Shown: positions 1 to 10,055 of the stretch, piece by piece
How the letters are laid out: each line of letters begins with the position of its first letter
Numbering within the stretch: the stretch's first letter is position 1
IMG/VR virus record: IMGVR_UViG_3300044712_000991
Coordinates: 32,001-96,000 of that record
Length of the DNA stretch: 64,000 nt
Source of the DNA: a virus
Direction: 5' to 3' (one strand)
The notes under the pieces: generated by a model
Told to the model about the DNA's origin: nothing
What the model saw: the letters and a program-made list of their open reading frames with translations, nothing else
Databases searched by the model: none
Program-made: the position numbers and the translations under genes

Positions 1-344
1 ATCGCCTTCACCGTGGGATCGGACACGAGTTTGGCGCGTGCGTGCCTCAGATGCGTGCTAGCGGTACCCAACAAGGACTCCCACTTGGACTTCTCGAACA
101 ACGCGCCCATGATGATGGTCACCACCTCGTTCTTCCTACGCTGTACCTCCTCCAACTGCGCCCAGAAGACTGGGAGGTTCGTACTCGGGTCGGCCATGAG
201 ATTCATCTGATCCATACCCGATATCTGATCCTCCCAAACATTCCAGACAATCTGTGCATTCTCACCCGCCTCGGACACCTTGTCGCAGAACGACTCGAAT
301 GCCACCTCATCGAAGTCAGCAATAGCGAATGGGGCTCTGTCCAT
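1..344 (-). CDS. Hypothetical helical protein, truncated by the window edge (possible recombination mediator)
   Basis: ATG at 344-342 overlaps the recA stop; my translation [22 protein letters not shown]... stays open to the window edge; function is guessed from position only. Confidence 0.6.
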   Translation of the reverse strand, partial: MDRAPFAIADFDEVAFESFCDKVSEAGENAQIVWNVWEDQISGMDQMNLMADPSTNLPVFWAQLEEVQRRKNEVVTIIMGALFEKSKWESLLGTASTHLRHARAKLVSDPTVKA

Positions 345-1432
345 CACGCGGTCTCCCGTGATTTGGCGAGGATGCCATCCCGCAGAACGCCGATGAGCTC
401 GGGTTTGGTCGCGAAATACACCTTGACAGCATCCATACCCTGACCGATTCGCTCCTCTTTGTAGGAGTACCAGGACCCCGACTTGTCAATCAGACCGAAC
501 TGTACGGCGGTGTTCACGATGTCCCCCACAGCATCGATGCCCTTGCCGTACATGATGTCCACGATGCACTCTTTGAAGGGCGGGGCGACCTTGTTCTTCA
601 CGACCTTAATGCGTGAACGGTTGCCGATCATGTCCGAGCCGTTCTTGAGGGTCTCGATGCGCCGGATGTCCAACCTCACCGAGGCGTAGAACTTGAGGGC
701 GTTCCCGCCCGTGGTGGTCTCGGGATTCCCGAACATCACCCCGATCTTCTGCCGTAGTTGATTGGTGAACATCAGCGTGGTACCCGTGCTTGCCACGGGA
801 GCCGTGAGTTTGCGCAAGGCCTGGGACATCAGCCGTGCCTGGAGACCCATCTGAGGATCACCCATTTCCCCCTCGATCTCTGCACGGGGTGTCAAGGCCG
901 CCACGGAGTCCACGAGCACGAGATCGATGGCCGCCGAACGAACCCACGCCTCCGCGATTTCAAGCGCCTGTTCTCCGCACTCGGGCTGTGAGAGGTAGAG
1001 TTCATCGGGGCGCACACCCAACGCCTGAGCGTACTTCATGTCCAACGCATGCTCGGCATCGATGAACGCCACGGTACCGCCCGCGGCTTGCACCTGTGCC
1101 GCAAGGTGCAGACAGATGGTGGTCTTGCCCGATGCCTCGGGTCCGAAGATTTCAACGACACGCCCACGAGGAACACCCCCGACACCGAGCGCAAGGTCGA
1201 GAGAGATGCTCGTCGTGGGGATGACCGCGATGTCCACCAACGGCTTGTCACTCATGCGCATCACCGACCCCTTACCGTGCGCCTTTTCAATCTGCTCGAA
1301 GGCGGTCTTGATCGCCGCCCTGCGTGCTTCCCTGTCATTCGCTGTCTTGGGGGGAGGGAGCGCCACGGATGGCGTAGATTTGGGTACGAGCGGTTGTTTG
1401 GGTGGTTCTGCTTCCATGACGAGTTTGGCCAT
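344..1432 (-). CDS. recA: RecA recombinase (bacterial type)
   Basis: Walker [69 protein letters not shown]. Confidence 0.98.
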   Translation of the reverse strand: MAKLVMEAEPPKQPLVPKSTPSVALPPPKTANDREARRAAIKTAFEQIEKAHGKGSVMRMSDKPLVDIAVIPTTSISLDLALGVGGVPRGRVVEIFGPEASGKTTICLHLAAQVQAAGGTVAFIDAEHALDMKYAQALGVRPDELYLSQPECGEQALEIAEAWVRSAAIDLVLVDSVAALTPRAEIEGEMGDPQMGLQARLMSQALRKLTAPVASTGTTLMFTNQLRQKIGVMFGNPETTTGGNALKFYASVRLDIRRIETLKNGSDMIGNRSRIKVVKNKVAPPFKECIVDIMYGKGIDAVGDIVNTAVQFGLIDKSGSWYSYKEERIGQGMDAVKVYFATKPELIGVLRDGILAKSRETA

Positions 1433-2229
1433 TAGGATACCTTCATGTTCAATGCTTGATAGATTAGGTCGGGTCGCCCCAGGCGCACAGCCTCATCGGG
1501 GTCTTTCACTTCCTTCAATATACTTATTTGAAAATTGAGATGCAAATCACGCAGCATCTGGAGCACCTTGGTCGTCGCATTCCTGCCAGCAATGTCATTA
1601 TCAAGCATCAGCACGAAGTTCGGTGAGTACCGCGCTAGCCGTAGCAGGTGTGCTTCCGTAATGGCCGTACCAGCAACCGCAACAGCACTCCCCACCCCCA
1701 CCTGAAACATTGAGAGCACATCAGCATTGCCCTCAACCAACACCCAGTTCTCAATCTTCTCGTTACACATGAGAGCCTCCCTCAGTCCGTAGATCATGAG
1801 GCTCTTGTTGAACACCGCACAGTTGGCGGTATTGACGTACTTATGTGCATCGGTATCTTTGGTGAGAATCCTACCACTGTAGCCATACACGGTATCATCG
1901 ATATCCGAGAATGGAAACATCAGCCTGTGTTCGAACTTCAAGATTAGGCACCGACCATCCTCGGATATCCTCCAGAACCCCGTGGCCTCCACCTGCTCCT
2001 CTGTCCACCCCTGGGCAACAGCGAACTCGTATGGAAGCGCTCCCTCAGGACAGTACCCGATACGGAACAACTCCAACATCTCGGGTGAAAATCCTCTGTC
2101 CGCGATGTACCTGTGGACATCCCCCGCAGGATCACCGACCATCAATTGCTCTTGGAAGTACGCCGTGAACTGCTGGTTGATGTCATACAGCGGTGCCACG
2201 GTCGCCAATATTTGAGCGACATCATACAC
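1432..2229 (-). CDS. dnaG: DNA primase catalytic core (DnaG N-catalytic plus Toprim), lacking the zinc-binding domain
   Basis: [57 protein letters not shown]; likely GTG start at 2229 after GGAGA (ORF track start 2277). Confidence 0.9.
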   Translation of the reverse strand: MYDVAQILATVAPLYDINQQFTAYFQEQLMVGDPAGDVHRYIADRGFSPEMLELFRIGYCPEGALPYEFAVAQGWTEEQVEATGFWRISEDGRCLILKFEHRLMFPFSDIDDTVYGYSGRILTKDTDAHKYVNTANCAVFNKSLMIYGLREALMCNEKIENWVLVEGNADVLSMFQVGVGSAVAVAGTAITEAHLLRLARYSPNFVLMLDNDIAGRNATTKVLQMLRDLHLNFQISILKEVKDPDEAVRLGRPDLIYQALNMKVS

Positions 2230-2902
2230 CGCATGGTCTCCCGTGCATAAACGCATGCAAAGCGAGTAATATCGCATCGTACTGCTGTTTCAAGCGCTCT
2301 GCCTCATCCTCCACGGAGTACTTGCCTGTGCCTTGGAAGGACACCCACGTCTTGCTCGGGTTGTGGTGAGAGTTGTACAGGTGCCCGAAACAGAAGGCCG
2401 TTCCACCGTGCTTCACTTGGTTGTCGAGATTGTGTGGGGCATCATCGATGAGGATAGTCTCCTCAAACTGGTACTTCCCGACCAATCCCTTCTCCTTTGA
2501 GAACACGAGGGGGACATCCGCCGCTGGCAAAAATGCCTCCACCCACTCCATCGTAGGGAACATCGTACGCTCGTACTGTGTGGTGACCAACCAGACGTTC
2601 GGATACTCCTGAATGACACGCCTCAAGAAATCCACCGCGCCCACGTAGGGCTCTGCGTAGCGATAGACCATGTACGGCTGCTCTTCGAGATAGAACTTCC
2701 GATTGTCTGCCCCCGGGGGGAAAGAGGCGGCGATATTGAAGTCCGCGAACGGGTAGACCACCTTCTCTCCTGGATGCGCGGCTTCCCAATGTCGAATAAG
2801 TGAGGCGTTCCAGTTCCGCAGAACACCATCAATATCGACCTTGATGAGCGTAGTCGCCATCTTCCCCGAACAACTACAACTTGTAAAATGCTTGTTCCTC
2901 AT
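2222..2902 (-). CDS. HAD-family 5'(3')-deoxyribonucleotidase (NT5C-like)
   Basis: VDIDGVL HAD motif I, ILIDDAPHNL motif, HLYN near the C-terminus. Confidence 0.85.
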   Translation of the reverse strand: MRNKHFTSCSCSGKMATTLIKVDIDGVLRNWNASLIRHWEAAHPGEKVVYPFADFNIAASFPPGADNRKFYLEEQPYMVYRYAEPYVGAVDFLRRVIQEYPNVWLVTTQYERTMFPTMEWVEAFLPAADVPLVFSKEKGLVGKYQFEETILIDDAPHNLDNQVKHGGTAFCFGHLYNSHHNPSKTWVSFQGTGKYSVEDEAERLKQQYDAILLALHAFMHGRPCGV

Positions 2903-4065
2903 GCGTCTCGATCTTTCTTCTTGAGCAGAAACAGTGGATTGATGTACTTGAACTTCAACCGGCCGAACCGACCGAGAGGCTTGTCTGACAGCCCCACGAA
3001 GACCGCGCCCTCCGCAGGTGAGTGGTTCGGATACTCCAAGTGGTTCACCGAATCCATGTCGAACAGCCGTAAGGTCATCTTCCGCTGGATCACGGGCACC
3101 GTTGGCACCTCGTGACGCTCCATGAGCGACAAGAACTGATCGTACGGGAGATACCGACCGACCGCGCCCGTCATGACGTACACATCAAAGGCGAAAAATT
3201 GACGCCCCCGCATACCCATCGGGTTGGACTGGATGCCCTCCCCCGCAATCTCACCCTGTATGGCAACCCTCTCCACGCCCAACTCTTCACTCAATTTGTA
3301 CGCAAGCCATATGAGCCCATTTTCCTTGGCCGTACGCCAGTAGATGTTGGTCGCAAAACCGAACTGCTTCTCTTCTTCCCGCGAGTTACCGTTCACCACC
3401 GTATCCGGTGGCTTCAGTTCCTGATTGCGAGAGCACACTCCGACCTCATCACCCTTCCGAGTGGAATCGTAGAAGACCGTCAGGGATGTCCCATCGATCT
3501 TCATGCTCATCACGAACTCCTCATCAAGAAGAGGTTCGAGCAAGGTCTTCACGTTCTGATAGCGCTCGGCATCCGTTTTGGGACACCAATCGGGGTACAG
3601 CCCCTTGGCATCCGCCGAGAACACGGCCTCCTGCGGGGGTTCGTACTTCGTGACCCCGAGGTACTCCGCAAAATCGAGCCCAGGGACGAACAACTTCGAG
3701 GGCGGGTCGATGACCAACCCCTGTGAGATGACCCCGCGCAGACGAATCGTCCGAATACGGGCGATGGGGCGCTGCGCGAGGACAGTAAACTCACCCTTGG
3801 CTTCATCCTCGGGAGTGGCAAAGAACGGGGGCACACGGACTGTCCGCATCTTCGCCTGTTTGGTCAGGAACTCGAACTCCTTGCGGGAACAGTCCACCAT
3901 GGCATCCACTGGGATGTACACCACATGCTGCCCCACCATGCGCTTTCCCCGCACATCCTGGCAAACCCACCCGACCTCCTCGAAGGTGAGAATGTCGAGA
4001 TTATCGGAATTGGGGTTCGGTTCAACAGTCTTGATGGTGACTACAGGGCACTCGAACAGACTCAT
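2899..4065 (-). CDS. ATP-dependent RNA ligase, DRB0094/Rnl2-like family
   Basis: N-terminal domain VEPNPNSDNL...VVYIPVD; nucleotidyltransferase motifs KIDGTS, QGEIAG, FAFDV, EGAV, KFKYIN; ATG at 4065 follows AAAGGA. Confidence 0.88.
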   Translation of the reverse strand: MSLFECPVVTIKTVEPNPNSDNLDILTFEEVGWVCQDVRGKRMVGQHVVYIPVDAMVDCSRKEFEFLTKQAKMRTVRVPPFFATPEDEAKGEFTVLAQRPIARIRTIRLRGVISQGLVIDPPSKLFVPGLDFAEYLGVTKYEPPQEAVFSADAKGLYPDWCPKTDAERYQNVKTLLEPLLDEEFVMSMKIDGTSLTVFYDSTRKGDEVGVCSRNQELKPPDTVVNGNSREEEKQFGFATNIYWRTAKENGLIWLAYKLSEELGVERVAIQGEIAGEGIQSNPMGMRGRQFFAFDVYVMTGAVGRYLPYDQFLSLMERHEVPTVPVIQRKMTLRLFDMDSVNHLEYPNHSPAEGAVFVGLSDKPLGRFGRLKFKYINPLFLLKKKDRDA

Positions 4066-4069
4066 GGTG

Positions 4070-4294
4070 TTATCCTTTCTTTGGGGTATGTTTGGAACAC
4101 AGCCCGAATTTTGTAACACTTGCGTAGATGGCGACTGAATCACCCTGTTGATAGGTGGTCAAGCAGAAAAGACCTTCCATGTCCTGACCTAGATCGGCAC
4201 ATGTGCCACAGCACGGTGCCCCATCGTGATACCCACGCTCATCCCGCTTCTTATCCGCGAGGTCTTGCAAGTGTTGTAATCGAGCCTTGTCCAT
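4070..4294 (-). CDS. Small Cys-rich hypothetical protein
   Basis: 74 aa ORF filling the gap between polA and the ligase; CCGTC...C...C pattern suggests metal binding; a promoter lies directly upstream. Confidence 0.65.
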   Translation of the reverse strand: MDKARLQHLQDLADKKRDERGYHDGAPCCGTCADLGQDMEGLFCLTTYQQGDSVAIYASVTKFGLCSKHTPKKG

Positions 4295-4302
4295 ACTGCC
4301 CC

Positions 4303-4331
4303 AATATACAAACTCTTTCGGGAAAAGTCAA
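4303..4331 (-). promoter_or_regulatory. sigma70-type promoter TTGACT-N17-TATATT
   Basis: Minus strand reads TTGACT ttttcccgaaagagtttg-like 17 nt spacer then TATATT; intergenic; the ATG is 8 nt downstream of the -10. Confidence 0.7.
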
Positions 4332-4332
4332 A

Positions 4333-6594
4333 TCAGTTCATGCTCATGTTCAAAATAGCCACATCCGCTACAAGAGGATGGTGATCCTCGGTAAAATGCA
4401 CCTCTTCGAGCTTACCCCACACCCGACCGACCTTGACCTCACAGTCCAGACGAACATTGATCCACTCGGTCTTACGGAGCATCTCCGTGTGTATGAGTTC
4501 TAGCATCTCCTCCAACTCATTGGGCTTCACAGAGTAAATGAGGGAGTCATACACGGTGAGGACCATGCGCGACTTCAACCTCCTCCTCACAATCTCCTTG
4601 TCAATCCGTACGGCGGCCAAGAAATTCGTGTCGGATGCCCCTCCCTGGATAGGGGAGTTCACAGCCTGTCGTTCAGCCTTGGCCTTGATGCCCCGGATGA
4701 CCCGCACCGCCTCCTCGTGGTTCTCCTTCATCTGCGTAAGGTCTACCACCTCTACATCTTCAGCATCATCATCCTCCCACTGGCTGTCGTTGTACTCTCC
4801 CAACTCCCTGTCGAGCGTGGCTTTCATCCGCAGGATGTCCTTATCCGCCGAGACCAAGATGGGCAGGCGGCGCTTACGCCCGTAGAGGTTCGTGACCACT
4901 CCTGTCTGTTTGGCGAGATTGGTAGTCTTCGCCAACCACTTCTGTGCGGTCGGGTACCTCCCGAAGAAGAGGTTCACAATCTGACGCGCCTCGTTCAGAG
5001 TGATACCCAGGCTGTCCGCAATGGACTTCGCGCCACGACCGTACATCATACCGAACACCACGGTCTTCGCGATATTGCGCTCTTCCTTCGTTACATCCTT
5101 CGTCCACTCCTTGAACTGCTCGTACGTGATCTCCCCCATGGGGATGATGAGCCCCTTACCCATCGCGGCAGTGATTTTGTGGATATCCAACCCCGCGTTG
5201 ATGTCCTTCACCATCTGCTCATCGTTGGAATACGAGGCCCAGATACGGAACTCAATCTGCGACAAATCAGCCTCCACCAACCAGTCGCCTTGGTCGGCAA
5301 TGAACTGATACTTGATCTCAGCCTTCCGGCGGGGGATGTTGTTCAAGTTCGGTTGGAACGAAGAGGGTCTCCCCGTGACAGTCCTGAACAACGGGTAGTT
5401 CGACCGAATCTTACCATCCTCGTGGATGAAGTACGACAGACCATCCACAAATGTACCGTTGAGATACACGAGATTGCGGTAGTCCATAATCTGCTGCGCC
5501 ACTGGCAGGGTCTTCGCGTACTCCGCAAGGACAGTCTTGTCCATCGAGGCCGCTGCAACCTTGGTCTTCTTATTGGGCTTCCCCCACTTGAGTTCGGGCA
5601 TATGAAACTGCCCGAGCATGAGTTCCGAGAGATACTGCGCACTCAGACGAAACTCCCACTTATCTCGATGCTTGGTCACGAAGTCCTCTTGGGTCAAGGA
5701 CTTCCTGTTCTTCTTCTTCCCCGCCCACTCCGCCCTCAGGAGGTTCTTCCGAGCCTCCTCCACAGCCTGAATCTCGGGTACCGCGTGCAAGGCGTTCCAC
5801 GCTTCTGCGATCTTCTGCTTGTACTCCTCCCGCAGTTGAGCGTTGTACGCGATGTCCACCATGACCCCGCTGTACTCGACCTTCGCGAGCACCTTCTGCG
5901 TGGGCATTTGAATGTTATGCAAGACCCACAGCAGATGCTCCTTCTCCAGGAGGGGGTACATCACCTTGTGCGCCCTTAGAGTGGCATCCGCATCCATACA
6001 GGCATACTCGTAGAGCATCTGGCGAGGTATCTTCGCGTACGACCCAACTTCGATAATGATGAGTTCTTTCCGCTCAGCATCCCGTACCTTCATCCACCCC
6101 TCTTTGCCCTGTACCCGGCACATCCTCGGGTTCGCCTCCGGATTGCCCTCCACATACGCATCCAGTTCGTCGTGGTATCCACCCATATCCGTGTAGCGCT
6201 TGGCGATGAACTCCAAACCGTGTCGCTGGTTCTCATCCAACAGATGGTCTTCGAGAATGGTATCCGAGTACCAGTTGGCGAGTCGTACCTTGTTCGCCCA
6301 CAAGAACTTGATATCGAACACACCGTTCTGCGTGATCTTCCTCGATCCATTCAAAAAGACCGGCCGCAACGCATTCCACGCCTCCCGCCGCTCCTCGGGA
6401 GAAAGTTCATCGAACACAAGGCACGCACCCATCCCGTGAGCCCACGAGAAACTCGCGCAAATGATCTGGTCCTTGAGGAACCTCGTACCCGTGGTCTCCA
6501 AGTCATACGACCATTCGGGAAAGTGGTTCAACTGCTTGACCAGCCACTGAATCTGCTGCGGTGTACGGCAAATGAAGAACCGTGTGTGTGCCAT
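4333..6594 (-). CDS. polA: Family A DNA polymerase (3'-5' exonuclease plus polymerase, no 5'-3' exonuclease)
   Basis: Exo motifs YDLETTG, NGVFDIK, YACMDAD; TVTGRPSSFQPNLNNIP; motif A ADLSQIEFR; motif B RNIAKTVVFGMMYG; motif C variant TVYDSL. Confidence 0.96.
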   Translation of the reverse strand: MAHTRFFICRTPQQIQWLVKQLNHFPEWSYDLETTGTRFLKDQIICASFSWAHGMGACLVFDELSPEERREAWNALRPVFLNGSRKITQNGVFDIKFLWANKVRLANWYSDTILEDHLLDENQRHGLEFIAKRYTDMGGYHDELDAYVEGNPEANPRMCRVQGKEGWMKVRDAERKELIIIEVGSYAKIPRQMLYEYACMDADATLRAHKVMYPLLEKEHLLWVLHNIQMPTQKVLAKVEYSGVMVDIAYNAQLREEYKQKIAEAWNALHAVPEIQAVEEARKNLLRAEWAGKKKNRKSLTQEDFVTKHRDKWEFRLSAQYLSELMLGQFHMPELKWGKPNKKTKVAAASMDKTVLAEYAKTLPVAQQIMDYRNLVYLNGTFVDGLSYFIHEDGKIRSNYPLFRTVTGRPSSFQPNLNNIPRRKAEIKYQFIADQGDWLVEADLSQIEFRIWASYSNDEQMVKDINAGLDIHKITAAMGKGLIIPMGEITYEQFKEWTKDVTKEERNIAKTVVFGMMYGRGAKSIADSLGITLNEARQIVNLFFGRYPTAQKWLAKTTNLAKQTGVVTNLYGRKRRLPILVSADKDILRMKATLDRELGEYNDSQWEDDDAEDVEVVDLTQMKENHEEAVRVIRGIKAKAERQAVNSPIQGGASDTNFLAAVRIDKEIVRRRLKSRMVLTVYDSLIYSVKPNELEEMLELIHTEMLRKTEWINVRLDCEVKVGRVWGKLEEVHFTEDHHPLVADVAILNMSMN

Positions 6595-6602
6595 GGTTGT
6601 GC

Positions 6603-7451
6603 TTACTTCCCTTCGATAACGGTGGAGGGCACGCTGACAATAAGAGCGAACGCCCGAGGATCACCAACCCCCAGAGTGCTCGACCCGTTTTCATGCACGG
6701 TGCCAATGGGGATGGGAGTAAATGCGTGACGTTCACACAACGCGTTCACCCAGAACACCCCATCCGTGAGTTTGTTGCACCGCGAAGTCTCGGGCGTGTA
6801 ATGACGATGCCCGTAGATGACCATTCTGACAGACTTCGCTGCCAGAATCTTCTCCGTGAGTTCGTTGGGGCTCCCATCGTGGTTGAACGGAGGAATGTGC
6901 GACACGAGCACATCGGGAGACAGCGCGAGCGCCGTGTCCAGCCTCCGCGAGTACTTCTCCCACGACCGTGGGGTGACCTCGCCCTCCTTGTGACCTGGTG
7001 GAAGCAGATTAGCGGGGAACTCCCCCTCCATCGTCTGCGGAATGAACCTCTCCGTTCCCCGCGTGGCCGCCACGGTCAACCCCCGGTATCCGATAGTGAA
7101 GAGTTCCTGGTGGTCGGCAAAGTAAGTATTGTCCAACCCATTATCAAGCGCCCAGTTGGACATGAATGCCGCGCCCTTCTTACCCCAGTAATAGTCGTGA
7201 TTGCCGATGGTGTGCACAATCTTCACCCCGAGCGAATCCAACCACTTGAAGTCCGCAAGCGCCTCATCCCGACCAATCGCCCACGACGTGTCTCCCGCGT
7301 TGATGACCACCGAGTTGGGAGGTAGACTCCGAAAACCCTGCTCAATACGCTCCATCCACTGAGCGTACTGCTCCCCGAAGACCACCATGTCCTTAAACGG
7401 TGGCCGACCAGAGAGATGCAGATCGGAGATAGCAAACACGTTGGTTGTCAT
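6603..7451 (-). CDS. Calcineurin-like metallophosphoesterase
   Basis: ISDLHL, NAGDTS, IGNHDY, VSHIPP, IYGHRH motifs. Confidence 0.9.
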   Translation of the reverse strand: MTTNVFAISDLHLSGRPPFKDMVVFGEQYAQWMERIEQGFRSLPPNSVVINAGDTSWAIGRDEALADFKWLDSLGVKIVHTIGNHDYYWGKKGAAFMSNWALDNGLDNTYFADHQELFTIGYRGLTVAATRGTERFIPQTMEGEFPANLLPPGHKEGEVTPRSWEKYSRRLDTALALSPDVLVSHIPPFNHDGSPNELTEKILAAKSVRMVIYGHRHYTPETSRCNKLTDGVFWVNALCERHAFTPIPIGTVHENGSSTLGVGDPRAFALIVSVPSTVIEGK

Positions 7452-7990
7452 TTACGCGCCCTTTCGATTTTCGTTTTGATCTTCTTCAATTTGTTCATGT
7501 ACAGGCTTATGGTGGGGTTGGTGTACCCCGTTACCACGAGGTACCACGGAGAACTGTTGTCGTTCGCCTCTTCCTTCCACACCCCAAGGAAGAACACTAG
7601 ACCGTACGTGATCGTGGTACCCGTACGGGGGTCTGCGAGTTCGACATTCTGCTCATCCATGCCCGTGACGACCATATAGTGCCCACCACCATCTTCGAGC
7701 ACCACATGCACCATGGGGATGAGCCCCTTGCGAAGGAAGTCCTTCAGTTTCTGCTTCGTGCCCTTGGAACTCTCCTCATACTTGAACCCCAGGAGTTTCA
7801 GAGCGCGTATCAGATGATGCTCGTTCGTCCCATCCTGGGTCACACCCGTGAGCAGATTCAGTTCCCGCTGTGTCAGTTCCAGCCCATACTGATACAACAA
7901 GATAGTCCCCAACGCAGTGGGACCACAGTTGTACGAGAACTGTTGTTCGATAGCATGGACTTTGTAGCCCACGTATTCATCCGATGACAT
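7448..7990 (-). CDS. C39-family (papain-like) cysteine peptidase
   Basis: QQFSYNCGPTAL (Gln oxyanion plus catalytic Cys), GHYMVV, ADP; ATG at 7990 follows GGAGA. Confidence 0.85.
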   Translation of the reverse strand: MSSDEYVGYKVHAIEQQFSYNCGPTALGTILLYQYGLELTQRELNLLTGVTQDGTNEHHLIRALKLLGFKYEESSKGTKQKLKDFLRKGLIPMVHVVLEDGGGHYMVVTGMDEQNVELADPRTGTTITYGLVFFLGVWKEEANDNSSPWYLVVTGYTNPTISLYMNKLKKIKTKIERARK

Positions 7991-8522
7991 TGTGCTCTCC
8001 TTCCTCGATAATAGAGGCGGTAAACTGCTTGTACAGATTTTCATACACGTTCGTCGGGTGTGTCTCCTTGTCCCCGAGGACAAATATCAGCACCCGAATC
8101 CAACGGTTCACAAACTCCTGCGATAAGTTAACGTACGTCTTCAGGTCTCGCAAGATAAGACCTATGATGACATTCTTGGCCTTCTCATCCCCCACTATCG
8201 GGGCATCCTCATCCCGCCCCTTCGTAACCTCAGCGTACACCCGGAGAAACTCATGTTCCCGCGAACCCTCAAACAGCACGAAGTCGTTTGCAAGTAGTGC
8301 CTTGGCGATAGCGTAGGGCACCTTGTCCATACGCATCACGAACTGCTCTAGACCCCCACCTCCACAACCAGCGCGACAAACCCACACGCCTCGGTCGAGG
8401 TTCATGTCGAAGGATGGGTTGTGATCCTCATGGAAGGGACATAGACACCGCGCTTCCGACCCCATCTCCTCGGCTATCTTGAGCCCGTAGTGCTGCAAGA
8501 CACCCCTCGGTGATACTGGCAT
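7977..8522 (-). CDS. CHC2 zinc-finger protein (DnaG-type zinc-binding domain plus helical C-terminus)
   Basis: CLCPFHEDHNPSFDMN...WVCRAGCGGGG matches the DnaG CPFHxExxPSF...CxGCG motif. Confidence 0.85.
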   Translation of the reverse strand: MPVSPRGVLQHYGLKIAEEMGSEARCLCPFHEDHNPSFDMNLDRGVWVCRAGCGGGGLEQFVMRMDKVPYAIAKALLANDFVLFEGSREHEFLRVYAEVTKGRDEDAPIVGDEKAKNVIIGLILRDLKTYVNLSQEFVNRWIRVLIFVLGDKETHPTNVYENLYKQFTASIIEEGEHNVIG

Positions 8523-10055
8523 CTAGTCCTCCTCCACAGGCTGACCATACACGCTATCATCGAACGGCTCGCCTATCTGCGCGTCCGCCACCGGATCGGC
8601 TGCATCGCTCTCCGCCGCATTCACGGGGTGTGTATCCGTCACCGAAATTGTGCCCTGGGGCAGTGGTGCGCTCTGTACAACCATAGGCATGGGTGCCGTT
8701 GGCGGAGCATCCTTCGCGAGCATCCCCGTGACATGCTTGTGGGACACGAGCCTCGCCATGTCCCCGATGTACCCCACCTGCCAGGAGGCGTACAACGATA
8801 TCTTCCTGTTCCTCGCCCCGTACCTGTTCTTCTGCACAAAAATATCGAATCCTGAGTCGCTATCCTCAGGGCGATGGATGTAGCAGATCACATGGCAATG
8901 GGGTGCCACATAATGTGACTGCCCAATGCTGTCGAGACCGAAATCCGACTCCTTCTTCTTCAACTTGCCCGACCGACTCTCCTGAAGAGATGTGATGAAA
9001 CTGCACCGATACTGCGCAAAAATCTGACGATACTCGGAGAACAGGTAGTTGTACCTCTCGGAGGTCGTTGTATACGGACGCACGGGGTACGCTTCATTTG
9101 AGTAGTCAAAGAACACCACATCCGGTACATGCCCGAACTTCGCGGCGTACATGTCGATCTCCCTGCGTAAGTCCGCAGATGTCGCTAGACCTGTCCAGTA
9201 CACGATGTACGGTAGCTTGTTCTCCGTGTGTATCTGCGTGCATACATCACGCAGTTTCGACTCCTCCATGGATGTCAGCGTGGAGCGCTGCAACTGTCCG
9301 AAGTCCACCATAGCCGCACGGCTCAAAAACAAGCTCACAATGGTGCGCAGAGAGTCCTCAATCGAGATGTAGAGCACTCGCTTGCCCATCATGGCCATGT
9401 TGTACGCGAGATTCACCTTCAACCGCGTTTTGCCCGAGCTCGTATCCCCGTAGATGAGGGTGATGTGTCCTGGGCGTGTACCACCGCCTGTCAACTGATC
9501 GAGTTCGTAGATACCGTACCGCACCCCCTCTTGGTACTTCTCTGGGTGGTCACGCCTATCCTGGTAGACCTCCCATACCTTGGTCGCCTCATCCCCTGCG
9601 AACGCTCGCTCAATCTCACTGTTCATCAGAGGGTGCTTCAGAGCGGAGAGTTTGTCCTGCATCTCCCGCACGATATCCATCTCACCCTTCTGCGCACCCA
9701 CACTCTCCACCATCTCCTTCGCGTGGTCCACAATCCGCCTACGGGCGTACAACGCCCACAGTTTGTCCACCGCAGGGCGATATCCACTTGCAGAGAGCTC
9801 GATGGTCGAGAGCCCCGAGAGGAACATGCGTACCTCTAGGTCGGCCTCAGGGAAATCCTCCAGATCGGCCAACCGTGGTGCCTGCCCCCACTGCTTGTAG
9901 AAGTTGTTCAGTACCTGCTGGGCCTTGCTGTGCAGGGCGTACTCAAAAATGTCGGGGCTCAGCGGATGGAAGTACTCGCCCCCATCCGTGATGTGGTACG
10001 CAAGAACCTTACGCTCTACTCCCTCATCATCGTAGATAATCGGGTCGGCGCTCAT
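8523..10055 (-). CDS. dnaB: DnaB-like replicative helicase
   Basis: YGIYELDQLTGG, Walker A GDTSSGKT, VLYISIE, VFFDY, SLQESR, VQKNRYG. Confidence 0.88.
   Translation of the reverse strand: MSADPIIYDDEGVERKVLAYHITDGGEYFHPLSPDIFEYALHSKAQQVLNNFYKQWGQAPRLADLEDFPEADLEVRMFLSGLSTIELSASGYRPAVDKLWALYARRRIVDHAKEMVESVGAQKGEMDIVREMQDKLSALKHPLMNSEIERAFAGDEATKVWEVYQDRRDHPEKYQEGVRYGIYELDQLTGGGTRPGHITLIYGDTSSGKTRLKVNLAYNMAMMGKRVLYISIEDSLRTIVSLFLSRAAMVDFGQLQRSTLTSMEESKLRDVCTQIHTENKLPYIVYWTGLATSADLRREIDMYAAKFGHVPDVVFFDYSNEAYPVRPYTTTSERYNYLFSEYRQIFAQYRCSFITSLQESRSGKLKKKESDFGLDSIGQSHYVAPHCHVICYIHRPEDSDSGFDIFVQKNRYGARNRKISLYASWQVGYIGDMARLVSHKHVTGMLAKDAPPTAPMPMVVQSAPLPQGTISVTDTHPVNAAESDAADPVADAQIGEPFDDSVYGQPVEED

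Noticed and set aside
4717-5979. 420 aa plus-strand ORF and many similar antisense ORFs across the window
   Set aside because: They shadow well-supported minus-strand genes, show no motifs, and are expected from GC-rich codon usage
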